This document shows positions 52,625-64,000 of a stretch of 64,000 nucleotides of DNA, piece after piece. A model generated the notes under the pieces. The model was given only the letters and a program-made list of their open reading frames with translations. It did not search any database and was not told the origin of the DNA. The stretch is from Schizochytrium sp. TIO01. Lineage: Eukaryota; Protista; Bigyra: Labyrinthulomycetes. The DNA lies in the NCBI GenBank assembly GCA_004764695.1, contig SMSO01000032.1, forward strand, positions 7,968,483 through 8,032,482. The letters run 5' to 3'. The translations under genes and the position numbers were made by a program. Positions within the stretch are counted from its first letter, which is position 1. Every line of letters starts with the position of its first letter.

Positions 52625-54619
52625 TTAGGGTAGTAGCATAATACGAGCATGGGTCCTCGCTTTCTGCTGTTCTCGCATCTTTGATGCTTCGATTTTGTCT
52701 CGCGCAGCGATGACTCTCTCTGCGGGTGGCAAATGAGCTTGCACTGCAAGGTTGGCATACCAATCAAGACGTTTTTCGCCTTGCAAGTGTGTATTGCGTG
52801 TGCCTTTGCTCTCGCCGCTAATGGATCCATCGCTAGCCCGTAATCGATGGCCAGATTTCGAGTGTGCTAAATCCATACAAAATCGACCTACTCCTTCCAT
52901 GCCTCCACGAAGAACATCATCTTGGCTCTTCGTTACACTTCGGATATGACAGGCAAGAGTAGCCTTTGACTTCTGCATGAACGAATCAAACTCCTCACGG
53001 CGTTGTAAATATTTTTCATTGAGAACCTTTGTCTGGGTTCTTGGCTGAGACTTGCGAAACGTCCAGGTGCCACCGACACGCGCATTGGAATTAGGAAGTG
53101 TGCGATATACAAGATGAGGGGCCGAGTTGCCTGGACGCAAGGTTGACTTATTCTTACCACTCTTTTCAACAAGAAATTCGCCCAGAAGCGTGCCAACTAA
53201 AGTTGCGTCATACCTCTCTCTCGGCTGCAGAGTTGTTCGATAAAGCTCTTCGTCTAAGCTATCTTCAGGTCCTTCATGACGGGTTACTGATCCTTCATTG
53301 AGTTGCTCCGAATGGGTACTTTCTTCATTGTCTACAGTCAACAGACTTGGATCTTCAATACTTTCCTCGTCTTGATTACTAGTAGCCACAGAACTAAGGT
53401 CCGCAGGCGCTGACTTCCGGGATTCATCTTCGAACAGACGTGCGCGAGTCGCTCGAATCGAAACAGAGCTAAGTTGCGCTCCTAAAAGTAGTTCACAACA
53501 TGTCTCGTATACCCTCTCTTGTAACAAATCGTTGTACAAATGCCTTGAGCCAGGGCATAAATAACGAAAAGCCGTGAGAATGGCCTTTCCGAGCGCAAAA
53601 GGAATATACAGGTGTACTAAATCGCGTTTGATTGTAGCTACACGGTGCTGTAATACTCGCATGAGCTCAATATAAAGCCCACTGAGATCTCGACGAAGAT
53701 ATTTTGCTGAATCTGTGGCACTGACAATCTCAGATTCTAGGCGACGCCGTGTCGCTGCGATTCGTTCGTGCTCCAGAAGAGTCTGATTTTTATGAATTAT
53801 GATATATAGGCAAACGCAATACCAAAAGATCTTTGTCATGATCTTATGAACCAGTGTACAGCGGGTCATGCGAGCAAAGCTCATATTGATATTTTCGTTT
53901 TGTGGGAGATGGATATGTGTTCGAACATATCCAAGCATGAGATCAGGTTGGCAATCAAAAGGTTCACTTCCGTAAGTGTAGGTGACTTTCTCTATTGAAC
54001 GAGTCACGTGGCGATCTGCAATACAATGTAGTTCACGCTCTTGAAGAATACGCTCGCGAGAGTCATCCATGTTGAAAGCTGGTGCATTAATCCCATGTAG
54101 AGTCGATGAACTTCTAGTGACTTCTTTGCGCGAGGTGTCTGGCATGCCACTTGCAACAGAAGATGTATCAGCACCTCGACCAGTTGCAACTGAAGGGTGA
54201 TGAGAGGTGAAATTGTTTGTATTTTGTTGTCCCGAACGATCTGGTCTAAAAAGATGCTTAGCAGTGTAGACTCGCGAAGGCTTCATGCCTCCAGGACGAG
54301 ACGATAAGAGCCCGGGGAGTTTAAGTGTCGGGGGTATCTCTTGCACTGCAACTCTTGCTTTAGCTTGAACCATTGCACTTCTTTCCTGAAAGAGTTGAGC
54401 TGTAGATGTGTCTGTACTTGCGTCCACGTCACTGTGCAGAGTTCGCTTAAATTTTTCGAACGTGGCGTTCAGCTCATGAACTCTGCCTAGTAAAATATCA
54501 GTCATCTGATTTGACATGGCTTCTTTCTGTGCCAAAGGTCTCTCTTCGCCACCTTCATCAAGGGCCAGGAGCGGGCTGAGACACTTGCCCCGTGGCATGT
54601 CTGGCGAAGAAGCCATCAT
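52625..54619 (-). CDS. FAM227-like (FWWh domain) protein, 664 aa
   Basis: The segment KIFWYCV...LRRDLSGLYIELM...RDLVHLYIPFALGKAILTAFRYLCPGSRHLY...ELLLG follows the FWWh pattern as recalled. Confidence 0.65.
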   Translation of the reverse strand: MMASSPDMPRGKCLSPLLALDEGGEERPLAQKEAMSNQMTDILLGRVHELNATFEKFKRTLHSDVDASTDTSTAQLFQERSAMVQAKARVAVQEIPPTLKLPGLLSSRPGGMKPSRVYTAKHLFRPDRSGQQNTNNFTSHHPSVATGRGADTSSVASGMPDTSRKEVTRSSSTLHGINAPAFNMDDSRERILQERELHCIADRHVTRSIEKVTYTYGSEPFDCQPDLMLGYVRTHIHLPQNENINMSFARMTRCTLVHKIMTKIFWYCVCLYIIIHKNQTLLEHERIAATRRRLESEIVSATDSAKYLRRDLSGLYIELMRVLQHRVATIKRDLVHLYIPFALGKAILTAFRYLCPGSRHLYNDLLQERVYETCCELLLGAQLSSVSIRATRARLFEDESRKSAPADLSSVATSNQDEESIEDPSLLTVDNEESTHSEQLNEGSVTRHEGPEDSLDEELYRTTLQPRERYDATLVGTLLGEFLVEKSGKNKSTLRPGNSAPHLVYRTLPNSNARVGGTWTFRKSQPRTQTKVLNEKYLQRREEFDSFMQKSKATLACHIRSVTKSQDDVLRGGMEGVGRFCMDLAHSKSGHRLRASDGSISGESKGTRNTHLQGEKRLDWYANLAVQAHLPPAERVIAARDKIEASKMREQQKARTHARIMLLP

Positions 54620-57600
54620 GTCTCAACAAAATAATAATATTTCCTTAGGTCTGTAGACGCTAGTGAAAGGGATCTACCTTTGCACGTCAACAAGGTAGCT
54701 GTTAAGCTCGCACCTCGAGAGTTAGCAACGTGATTTTTCAATTTTCCAAACTAATCAGGGCTTTTATACCTAAGTTGTCCCGCGTTCTTCTTCACTTCAA
54801 AGTACTGAGTTGCACCCAAACGAAACAGAGCACCTGCTAAATTATTTGTCCTCCAGCAGCCAGCACCCTGCTCTTCTTCTGCTTGCTATGCATGGGTATA
54901 TTATATTCCATAGCAACCGTTCATGCCTTTCGACCATGCACCTCCATATACGTGTAGAATTGGCAGCAGTCAGGAGCACATTCTCGCCCCGTTCTCGTCC
55001 ACCCGCATGGTCTCACCTGATAGATACGTTGCCTTAAGCCAAAATTCAGGGTGTGTACTTCTCTTCTCTCTAGCTCGGTTCGCCGTCGAGCTCCTCTCTT
55101 ACCTTATATCATGAAAGAGAACCTAAAGAAACTTATGATGAGTTGTAATTAATTATAAAATTTTGTATTTAAAAAAAACAAACAGAATACACAAATTCTG
55201 GCGTGATACTTTGGTCAATGGTAGGGGAAAGTATACAGTGTCCAGGAGGGACGAGAGACGCCAGGGTTGCTTCACTGCAAGTTCTGCGTACTAGCGGGCC
55301 AGCATGGATTCCACATCTCTACTCTTGAACCCCTTCCTTCCAGCATGCTTGAATTACTACTCCTCCTAGAGTAATCTGCTAAGTTTAAAACTAAGTCTTC
55401 TGCAACATAGCCGTGGTAGAAGTACCTACCTACGTCACCACCGTCATGATTGTATTTTCCCAGCGTGCACACACTCTTCAAGCCCAACCCTGCAGAGGGC
55501 ACTTTGCAGTTTTGATTCAATGTAATGCACCTTTCCCTCAAACCTCTATAATACCACGTGGGGCTCTGAAGAGCATGTATGCCCATCCTTCCTAAAATGC
55601 CCCCTCAAGGGGGCGTCGCCAGTGTCAGCGCGTGCACACCTACCTCCGGAGATGTCTCTTTAGACTTGTATGAAAAGGTCTAGAGCACCTGCGCGCGCAG
55701 CCTCGAAAAGTGATAAACAATGATGAATGTTACGAATTGAGGAGTATGAGTGAACAATTTCAACTCGAACTTGAAGAGAAAGTAAGATGATATATGTAGT
55801 TCCAGATTAAATTCATATGTAGTAACAAAAGGAGATTATGTTTCTTCACGCTCTTTGCTCGCCTTTGACATTATTTTGAACTTTGAAAATTCGCACTTGA
55901 GATACTGGGCAACTCATCCTATTAAGTTGTAAAGGTTGCGCTCTTCTTGATTCTCTTTGTTCTGATCTGCATTTCAGTTCAGTGATGTCGCTGGCTCAGG
56001 TTTACTGACTGGCTGATCGACCGCAGCCCTGGTGCGGCAACCATCATGGTTTCGCCGGGCGCCGGGAGTGCTTTCGGCTCACCACGACTGTGGTTTCTTC
56101 AATGTTTCCTTGTGATCTTTTGTTTTGTTTTCTTTGCAAGCCGATCCTTTCTTAAAAGATCAAAGAGTGAATGTAGATTTTCTGGCAACATCTGCAAGCA
56201 GCTCATTCTAGGTTAGGTTGAATACTACGTTGCGTCTCAACTCCAAGAGACTGCCTTTCTGGTTGTATTGTGACAAGAAGCTCTTGGCGATTCGGGTTCA
56301 GGTTTCAAGGCTTCTCTTATTCTACTTCAAAAACGAATCGCTGCACAGACTTTTACCGATGAGGAGGATTTGCGTTGCATTTAAAGTAGGCCCAGGAAAT
56401 GCTTCCTTGCCCGACCTGCACCAAAACCGCTGCTCTCCATGTTATGACGTCCATCCTTCTGTTCCGCTCATAAATACCCTCGCCATTAATCATACCGAGA
56501 GGAAATCAATCAAAGAGTCAATTCAATAAAGCAACTATCTGATTAATCACTTAAATAGCACGCATTGCAGCATTTGTCGCCAGTATTTAATGGGCTCGAT
56601 CTCGAAAGGAAGACAACTACGCTCGACGGGGGAACTCGGGCAAGTGCCAAGGCTCCCGCAGCCTTGACCGTGGTTGGCTGAGCAAATGTTGTTCCAGTGC
56701 TTTTGCTTCAGAAGCCCCACAAAAAATTAAGCTGGTGCTCATGTTGAGCACCGCCAAAAGCTCCAATGTCGTGATCGTCGTCAAGGGATCGCTTCAAGGG
56801 ATCGCTTTGCCCACGAACTTGAAGGAGGAGAAAGTAAGCTGCAAATCGATACCAAAAACTGCTTCCAGAGCGCAACAATGCATCTCGAGCTGCAGATACT
56901 CGTGGGCTTTCTGGGGGAGACCACATCACCTCCAAGTGAACATTCTCTCCGTTTCGTAGAATGCGAGCTGCTGCAGCTCTATTTAGAGAATCGAAGCGTG
57001 CGCCACTTCTGAGCGAGCGAGCGAGCGAGTGAGGAGTGAGCGAGCATGGCTGCTGCTCGTCTCTTGGCGGTCCTTGCGGCGCGTGGCCTTCGCAGGAGGT
57101 AGTAGGTTGACTTATTCGACGAAGGCATTTAAGAATGCGCCTCGAATGATCTGCACTCTGCATCATCGTACCGCTACGGTCGAGTACACATTGCGAGGGC
57201 AGAACTTGAAGAAGAATGTGTAAATTTGCGAACCTGTAAATCTGCAAATCTGTAAACTCACGAAGTTTGGTTTAATAAATTGTGAAACGAAATTAACAAC
57301 CAAACGGAGCCTACAATAGTGAGCAGCGAAGAGTACTCAAAGGAAAGCTGATTAGACTCTAGGAGGCATTACTCGGAAGGGCACGCGCAGGGCGGGGGGC
57401 TCGGACTCGAGGAATAGCCTAAGATGGAAACGGAAGAGACCAAGTTGATTGACACGGAAGAAGAACTCGAATCACCCATCTGTTCCTTCTTTGTAAAGTG
57501 ATTTTTATACTCTGGAGCAAACTACAATGAAAAATAAACTTTGATTTATTTTTCTTTACAAACAACAAAATTTGCCTGATCTTCAGAATCTGCTGGCATC

Positions 57601-58821
57601 GGGCTAGAAACCTCACAGTATTGGGGTGAGCTCGAGCGAGAGTCTCTATATGGCTCACATTATGGAGGGCATTTGCAAGCTGAAGGCTTATCAGCCGCTG
57701 AAGCTTGTCTAGAGGTTTGGAACGGGGATGAAGGGCTTCAGAGGCCGATTTGCATCTCTCAGGCGCCTTTAATCCTACATGTAATGCGGTTTAGAAGTCA
57801 CATAATCACTCACTAAGCGTCACAGCAGAAGTGGGAAATCTTTCTATTATTAATTTAAAAAACAAACAAACCAAAAAACGTAGAATGGATACAGTATCTG
57901 CTAGTAATGTAAACTCTACTACTACTATAAAAAAGCCGGCTAATAATGAATATAGAACTATTTCATTATTTTACATAAATGGAATCAAGAGGAACAGAAA
58001 GCCTTCCATAGCAGCGTTTGTATTCAGTAGATTCGCGCTGATATGACATACTGCGAGAATGTTCATAATGTATTCCCTCATTTGCTGAAGCTTCCGTCTT
58101 GAGTTTGCTCATGGTGTTAGTTTCTTTATGGCTTTTCTCTAAAGTTTTTACTTTTAAAAATCAACTAAATAAAAATGTACTTGGAAGCAAGAGTCTAGTT
58201 TCTCCTTTTTCTTTTTAAAAGGGGGAAAGGAGGTAAGTATTAAATCGAAGTACTTCTCCACGTCAGGAGTATTGACTTCCTTTCGATTACTACTACTAGG
58301 AAGCACAGCAGTGCAATCAATGGCCAGCCTCTTACACTATTTGGCTATCCTCCCTTTCTGTGCGTGCACCTAAGTCCATCATCGACACGCCAAAAAGGAG
58401 TCTTGTGTGAGAGGGAAATAAAATTAAATCCACGGCACTCTTCTAAGGTACTTCCAGTAGCAATAACTTAGGCCACTATTAGGCGAAGTGCAAAGCACAA
58501 AAGAAAGAATCAATTCAGATAGTAAAGTAAGTGATCAAATTCATTCTCCAAGTGCGATCATTAACGAGTAGATCTATAGCACCTACAGGGCTTGGCCAGT
58601 TGTGCAACAGCAAACCCCTTTCGCGAGAGCGAAGCAGGCAATCAGTTGCTAGCTAGTAAGCAGGCAAGCACGCAGGTAGCGCTCGCACGTGGACGTGTGT
58701 GCATAAGTTGCTTGAACGTGCTCCCCGGCGCCCGAGTTTTACATAAATTCACGTGCACACCAAACACCTAGGTCCCAAGGTCTCGTTGAAAAGCTTAGCT
58801 TAAACTTCTTCATTCACAAAT

Positions 58822-60165
58822 ATGGGTTGCGTAGAGAGCAAGCCGGAGTCCGCTCTGGCGCACCAAGATGTTGCCGAGGCTGTGAGCAACAAGGCCACTG
58901 CTTCAGCTGCCACTGCTGCGAAGCGTAAGTCTTCTGGCAAGCCTAAGCCCGACGTTGTGGAGCAGGTCGAGGCTGACGACGAACCTGACTATGACGAAGA
59001 AGAGGAGGAGGAAGACGAGGAGAGCGAGGCCCAGCACGCCAAGTACGACGAGTACCTTGAGCGTGCTGCTGAGGTCCGTGAGGAGAACCCTGACAACCTT
59101 TGCGCTCGCTACCTGACCCCGGACCTCTTCTACTCATACGCTCCCGATGAGCAGGACACCCTGTATCAAATCACACGCACTGGTATCGAGAACCCGGACA
59201 GTGGCACTGGATGCTACGCCATGCGTCCTGACGATTATCAGACATTCGCGCGCTTCTTTGACCAAGTTATCCGTGACTACCACAAGCCCAAGGCCAAGAA
59301 CCCTGTGCATGTTACCGATTGGGACATCAGCAAGGTCGGAGACCACGGTGTTCTCGATGTTGCCAAGCTTGGTCTTGACGAGCTCTCAATGCGCGTGCGC
59401 GTAGGTCGCAACTTGACAAGCTTCAACCTCCCGGGTCTCATGGATGAAGAAGAGCGTATTGCCTTTGAGAAGGTCATGCTCCCGGCATTTGATAAGCTCA
59501 TCTCCATGCCGGAGTATGGTGGCCGCGTGTACTCTTTGACTCCGGAGTTTGGTCCCGGTGAGCCGAACCCGAACCTTATCTCGGACGCTGAGTACAAGAA
59601 GCTTGTGGCAGACCACATCATGTTCAAGGACATGGATGCTGATCCTTACCTCAAGAGCGCCGGTATCAGCTCGGACTGGCCGTATGGTCGCGGCTGCTAC
59701 GTCTCCGATGACCGTCAGTTCATCATTTGGTTTGGTGAGGAGGACCACCTTCGCATCATGTGCATGAAGAAGGGTACCAAGCTCAATGAGGTCTTCGACC
59801 GCCTGCACGAAGCCCTCACCGTGGTCGAGTCCCTCCCGGGCATCAAGTTTGCTACTTCCTCTCGCTACGGCTACGTGACGTCCTGCCCGACTAACCTTGG
59901 CACAGGTATGCGCGCATCCGTGCATATTAAGATCCCCAACCTCACTGCAGACGGTACCGAGGCCAAGGCCAAGGCTGTCTGTAAGCCCCTCGGCCTCAGT
60001 GTTCGTGGCATTGGTGGCGAACACACTCCAATTGGTAAGGACGGCACCGTTGATATCTCTCCGTCGGCCCGTCTCTTCATCAAGGAGAAGGACATCATCG
60101 CTGCTCTCTACAAGGGTATCGAGCTGCTCATGGAGGAGGAGCACGCTGCCGCCGAGGAGGCTTAA
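58822..60165 (+). CDS. Phosphagen (ATP:guanido phosphotransferase) kinase, arginine kinase-type, with MGC acylated N-terminal extension
   Basis: TGIENPDSGTGCYA (short specificity loop with AK-type Tyr), SMRVRVGRN, WPYGRG, GEEDHLRI, CPTNLGTGMRASVH, VRGIGGEHT, DIS..RL. Strong codon bias. Confidence 0.96.
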   Translation: MGCVESKPESALAHQDVAEAVSNKATASAATAAKRKSSGKPKPDVVEQVEADDEPDYDEEEEEEDEESEAQHAKYDEYLERAAEVREENPDNLCARYLTPDLFYSYAPDEQDTLYQITRTGIENPDSGTGCYAMRPDDYQTFARFFDQVIRDYHKPKAKNPVHVTDWDISKVGDHGVLDVAKLGLDELSMRVRVGRNLTSFNLPGLMDEEERIAFEKVMLPAFDKLISMPEYGGRVYSLTPEFGPGEPNPNLISDAEYKKLVADHIMFKDMDADPYLKSAGISSDWPYGRGCYVSDDRQFIIWFGEEDHLRIMCMKKGTKLNEVFDRLHEALTVVESLPGIKFATSSRYGYVTSCPTNLGTGMRASVHIKIPNLTADGTEAKAKAVCKPLGLSVRGIGGEHTPIGKDGTVDISPSARLFIKEKDIIAALYKGIELLMEEEHAAAEEA

Positions 60166-63100
60166 GCCTGCTTTGCTTGTCTTTCTATAACCCCCCTATG
60201 CTTTCTTACACTTTCTACCTTTACTTTATGGGCGGGTTATCTATCCTGTTCCTCTCTGTGTGTCGTAGCTGCTGCTAGAAATCATCTTTCCTTGCATGCG
60301 ACCATGCCTGGACCATTACACAGACCTGTATGCATGCTACCTCGTCTCTGTGCAGCATAACCTCTTCTCTTTTCGTTGTTCGTGTGATTACTGTGTTACG
60401 CTGCCTCAAAGCAATCATATAAATTTGAACTTTATCTATACGTTTGCAAGGCCTTTAGTCGCCTGCTTTTCTTCTTTTTATTTTGCATTTCTTGACTTGA
60501 ATCAATCTCCATTGGTCTTTCTGCAAGGATTAGCGTAGTTAGTTTGGAAGCATTAATTTTGTGTTAGCGATATATGAAAGCAAAAATAATTAGGGAAGCT
60601 CTGCATAGTTGTCGTTAGCCTGATTGCTAATCTATATCGTTCTTAGTATGCCATTTGAAGCAAGTCTTCGTAATATCAATCTTTGTTCTCCTTGTTTCAG
60701 AGGCGCTTCAATGCCTAATATATGGCCAGAATCCATGTGGTACTTTGTATGCTTAGAATAAATATTCTCAACAAGCACTTTTTCTGCCAATAGTTAGTCT
60801 CTTAGAACTTATGGTGAACACCTCTATAGTTCGAAGGGGCAGGACTCGGCTCATGAAGAACCTATTATCATGTGATATTCTGTGTAAAGGTAAAGAGTGA
60901 TCACAATGAAACGAATCATGAAATAGTTTAGAAGAGGAACTCTCGAAGGTGTTGGAAATCCTACGTATGTTTGATGTAACAATATATTTCACATTTACAA
61001 GCTTCATGCTTACATCATTCTAGCGGGAGATAGATATATATCTTACTGCTCATTAATTGGAACCTTCTTTGATAAAGACTATAAAATAATGAATGAAGCA
61101 ATTCTTGTGTATTCAATTGATTCGCTAGCCAGTATATATGAAGAAGAACGGTGACATCACAAGTGAAATATAGCTATTCAAACTTTTGAAGCCTGGTACT
61201 GAGCAAACCTTCCTCATGAAGACAGGTTTCTGCTAGAAAATGCTTTTAGATGCATAAGCAACTTTTTCAGATTAAAGAAAGGTTTGGACCTCCATTGAGA
61301 TACATGGTTAGTATGCATCCCTGGCGTATACTCACTATAACTATCTTCATCGCAAAATCATTTGGGGCATGAGTAGCTTTTCTTACAAGATTTGTAAAGT
61401 TTCAAGGTTTTGAATTTAGGCTGATGAATTAACTCAAGATGATGGATCGTTGAGCCTTTCTATCTTGAAATGTGAAAAATGTCTACAGGAAGCATGATGA
61501 ATTTCATAGAACGTTTTCGGTCGATGGTAAGTATTTCGGTCTATGAAGGTTTCTGTAGCCGGGTCTGAAGCTGCCGCGACATGTTAAGCAGGGCGATATG
61601 AGCAATATATGCGCTGGATTAACAGATTTAACGAGGAAGATGAATGTATCCTTAGTTTTCTCGTTGTGACGAGTTATGTCTGTCGTGATTGAAACTATGC
61701 GCACTCATGACTGGGATTAACGTAAAGCTAAGCACTTGAACTTATATTGGTAACACAACGAAATAAATACAGGTATAGTTTTGCTCTGCGTGTAAGGCGA
61801 AACAAACTTTTATATTTCATGCAGTCTGGAAGGACTACAAATTTTTTCAATCTTCTTACACGCATACAGATTTCATAAGGAGTAACTACAGATTAACGAT
61901 ATATCAAGAGACATTGTATTACAAAGATCATGGGCGCAAATGGTTTAGATCTGTATAGCATTGATAGAGTATATTTTTTTGTATTTTCAAACTTGAAGTA
62001 TAAATTCAGACTTCTTGTCTTTGAGCTTAAATCGCCATATTGTGAATGTAAGTAACTTGCAGAAATATTTACCCGTAAAACTTCGCACAAGATGTATAGA
62101 CATTTCTAAAATAAACTTAAATTCAATAGGAGTGCCGCTTTGGCCCTGTGCAGACACTTGGAAGTCCAACAGTTCCGATCTAAATCAAAGGCCGTCGACT
62201 TACTTGTGTGGTCAAATGTGATAGACAATCAATCTGTGCATCAGCATTAGGCAGGTGGCATGGGAATATCAGGAATAGCGTGAAGAATTATGAGCATGTG
62301 TGCGAGGTTTCAACTATTTAAATATGCCTCCCCCGCCCCTTCTTTGTTTCATGTTTTTATATTTTGCATCATCTAGGGTGCCACTGGGGCGTTAGTCTCT
62401 CTGGTACTGCTGGGTGGTAAAATTCGATCAGCCGGAGGCTGCTGAAAGGCTCTTGTCGTCTTGAAGCAGATTAATGAAATGTTTGCATTGAACTCTGTCA
62501 GATTGAGCAGTTTAGCTACACTTGGGGAAGTGAGTTGAAAGGCAAGATAATTCATTTTACATTGAATCAATGAAGTTAGGCATAGTCCATTCTATACAAA
62601 TTTGAAGCCTTTGAGGTGGTTCATATCTTTCATTTACTAATTTCCTCGTATAGCTCGACTTTTATACATTAATTCGTCCTTCTGGGGTAGCTAATATTAG
62701 TATGCGAAAGAATCTGGATACATTCTGCCAATATAATTCTTTGGTTGATAATAGTAGAAAGCAATCTAATTATTACGAAAACGTGATTAGAGACTTTGAG
62801 TTGTTATCATCATTGTCGTTGATACGTACCTGCTGATTCTTCTTGAGAATGATTCGCTTATATATGGATTTAAAACTTAGTAACAGATGTATAGAGATTA
62901 TGTATATATATAGATCGACAATAAATAGGTAAACTCTTGCGCTAATGGGTGATATTAGCTTGTGTTTATGGGTCAAATTAGGTGTCTCTTATAATAAACA
63001 CTCCAAAAAGTAAGGAATAACGTTCTGAGCAAGTCATAGAATAGCAAAAATGGGAGCCTATTCGTTGTAAAGAGCGTGGTTTCACTAGGAAGTCATCAAG

Positions 63101-64000
63101 GGGATTCAGACCAGAATAGAAGTGCGCTTCAATCACCGACTTGTAAATTCTAGAGAAAGATTGCTCATAGATGATGTGGTATAATCCAGAAATTTAATAG
63201 ACTTGCTCTTGGTCAAGATGCAATTACATTAAAGTAGAATGCAAGCTTTGAAAACTTGCATAGTCGTAAGCCAGAAACAGTAATTCCTGTTTTAGACTCC
63301 GTCCTTTATTGTTAAACGGCAGATACAGCATAAGTTTTAAATCAGACCACGATTGAGTTCTTCGGTTATCATTCCAAAATATTTATTTAGCCATGGAATA
63401 TTATTGAGAATAAATTGCAAAATGTAGATAGTATATCTTTTAATTAAGCTTCAGTTCAGCCGCTTGCAAAACATAAAAGTCCTGCTTGAGCGCGTTGAGC
63501 ATGGTAAAGCATAGTTTTAAGGTGTATGCATGAGGGAAATTTTATGAGCGTTTGAACGCATATTGTTTGCCAGTCTTATCATGGCAAGAAGCTCAGTATA
63601 CAAGTTGCGTCCTAAGAAAGTTCTTGACGTCTTCTGAAAAGTTGTACAGAGAGCAAAAAGAATCTAAATCTCCTTTTAAAAAGAATATTCAACGTAAGAT
63701 GGTGCTGCAGAGCTTAAAAGTTCTTCGTTTTGAAGATAGATAGATAATCAAATGATTTAAAGAATCTTATTGTCAGAATAGGCTGCCAATTAATTTGCGA
63801 TTTGTTATGGCCCAAGAAGTCATGCGCTTAGTGTTTCAAGTATGTGATACATTTATCTTTGTATATACGCAGTGGGTTGTAGGAAATAGAGAAATACTCG
63901 TTGGCATGTTGTGGCAATATATGACATTCGAGTCGTGCGATTTTTCTTCTGAGAAGACATTAATCAAATCGAAATGCTGCTATTGATTCTATAGCTCGTG

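Noticed and set aside
56708-57247. 179-aa - strand ORF containing VLDRSGTM (vWA MIDAS-like)
   Set aside because: TTG start, runs through a (GAGC)n microsatellite, and has no other vWA elements; likely chance.
59386-60144. 252-aa - strand ORF
   Set aside because: Antisense shadow of the phosphagen kinase.
1-64000. tRNA, rRNA, snRNA, CRISPR arrays, telomeric repeats, intact transposases
   Set aside because: No diagnostic motifs found by eye; tRNAscan-SE and Infernal would be needed to exclude them formally.

Overview
Eukaryotic nuclear DNA, gene-dense and almost intron-free, with microsatellite-rich spacers. The style suggests a flagellated stramenopile, most plausibly a thraustochytrid/labyrinthulomycete (inference from gene content and composition, not proven). 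About 16 protein genes are supported: GCLC (5' part only), an NDUFA7/NUZM-like complex I subunit, a mitochondrial carrier, a 3-exon RPL29 missed by the ORF track, a giant multi-C2/multi-EF-hand protein, Hsp20, a vWA+Apple/PAN type I membrane adhesin, a pseudokinase-ARM-RING protein, a class-V PLP C-S lyase, a TM-MORN-DUF900-type hydrolase, a VWA8-like triple AAA+ lacking vWA, a Sec14/CRAL-TRIO protein, a FAM227-like protein, an N-acylated arginine kinase-type enzyme and two hypotheticals. The three most notable signals are: (1) an MLKL-like protein (putative 4-helix bundle + HRQ/GFG pseudokinase) fused to ARM repeats and a RING-H2; (2) an adhesin with apicomplexan TRAP/MIC-like design, including an acidic tail ending ...EPSEWN; (3) a highly structured ~390-nt element in RPL29 intron 1. 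No rRNA, tRNA, CRISPR array or intact transposon was recognised. All family calls are by motif recognition, without database searches.
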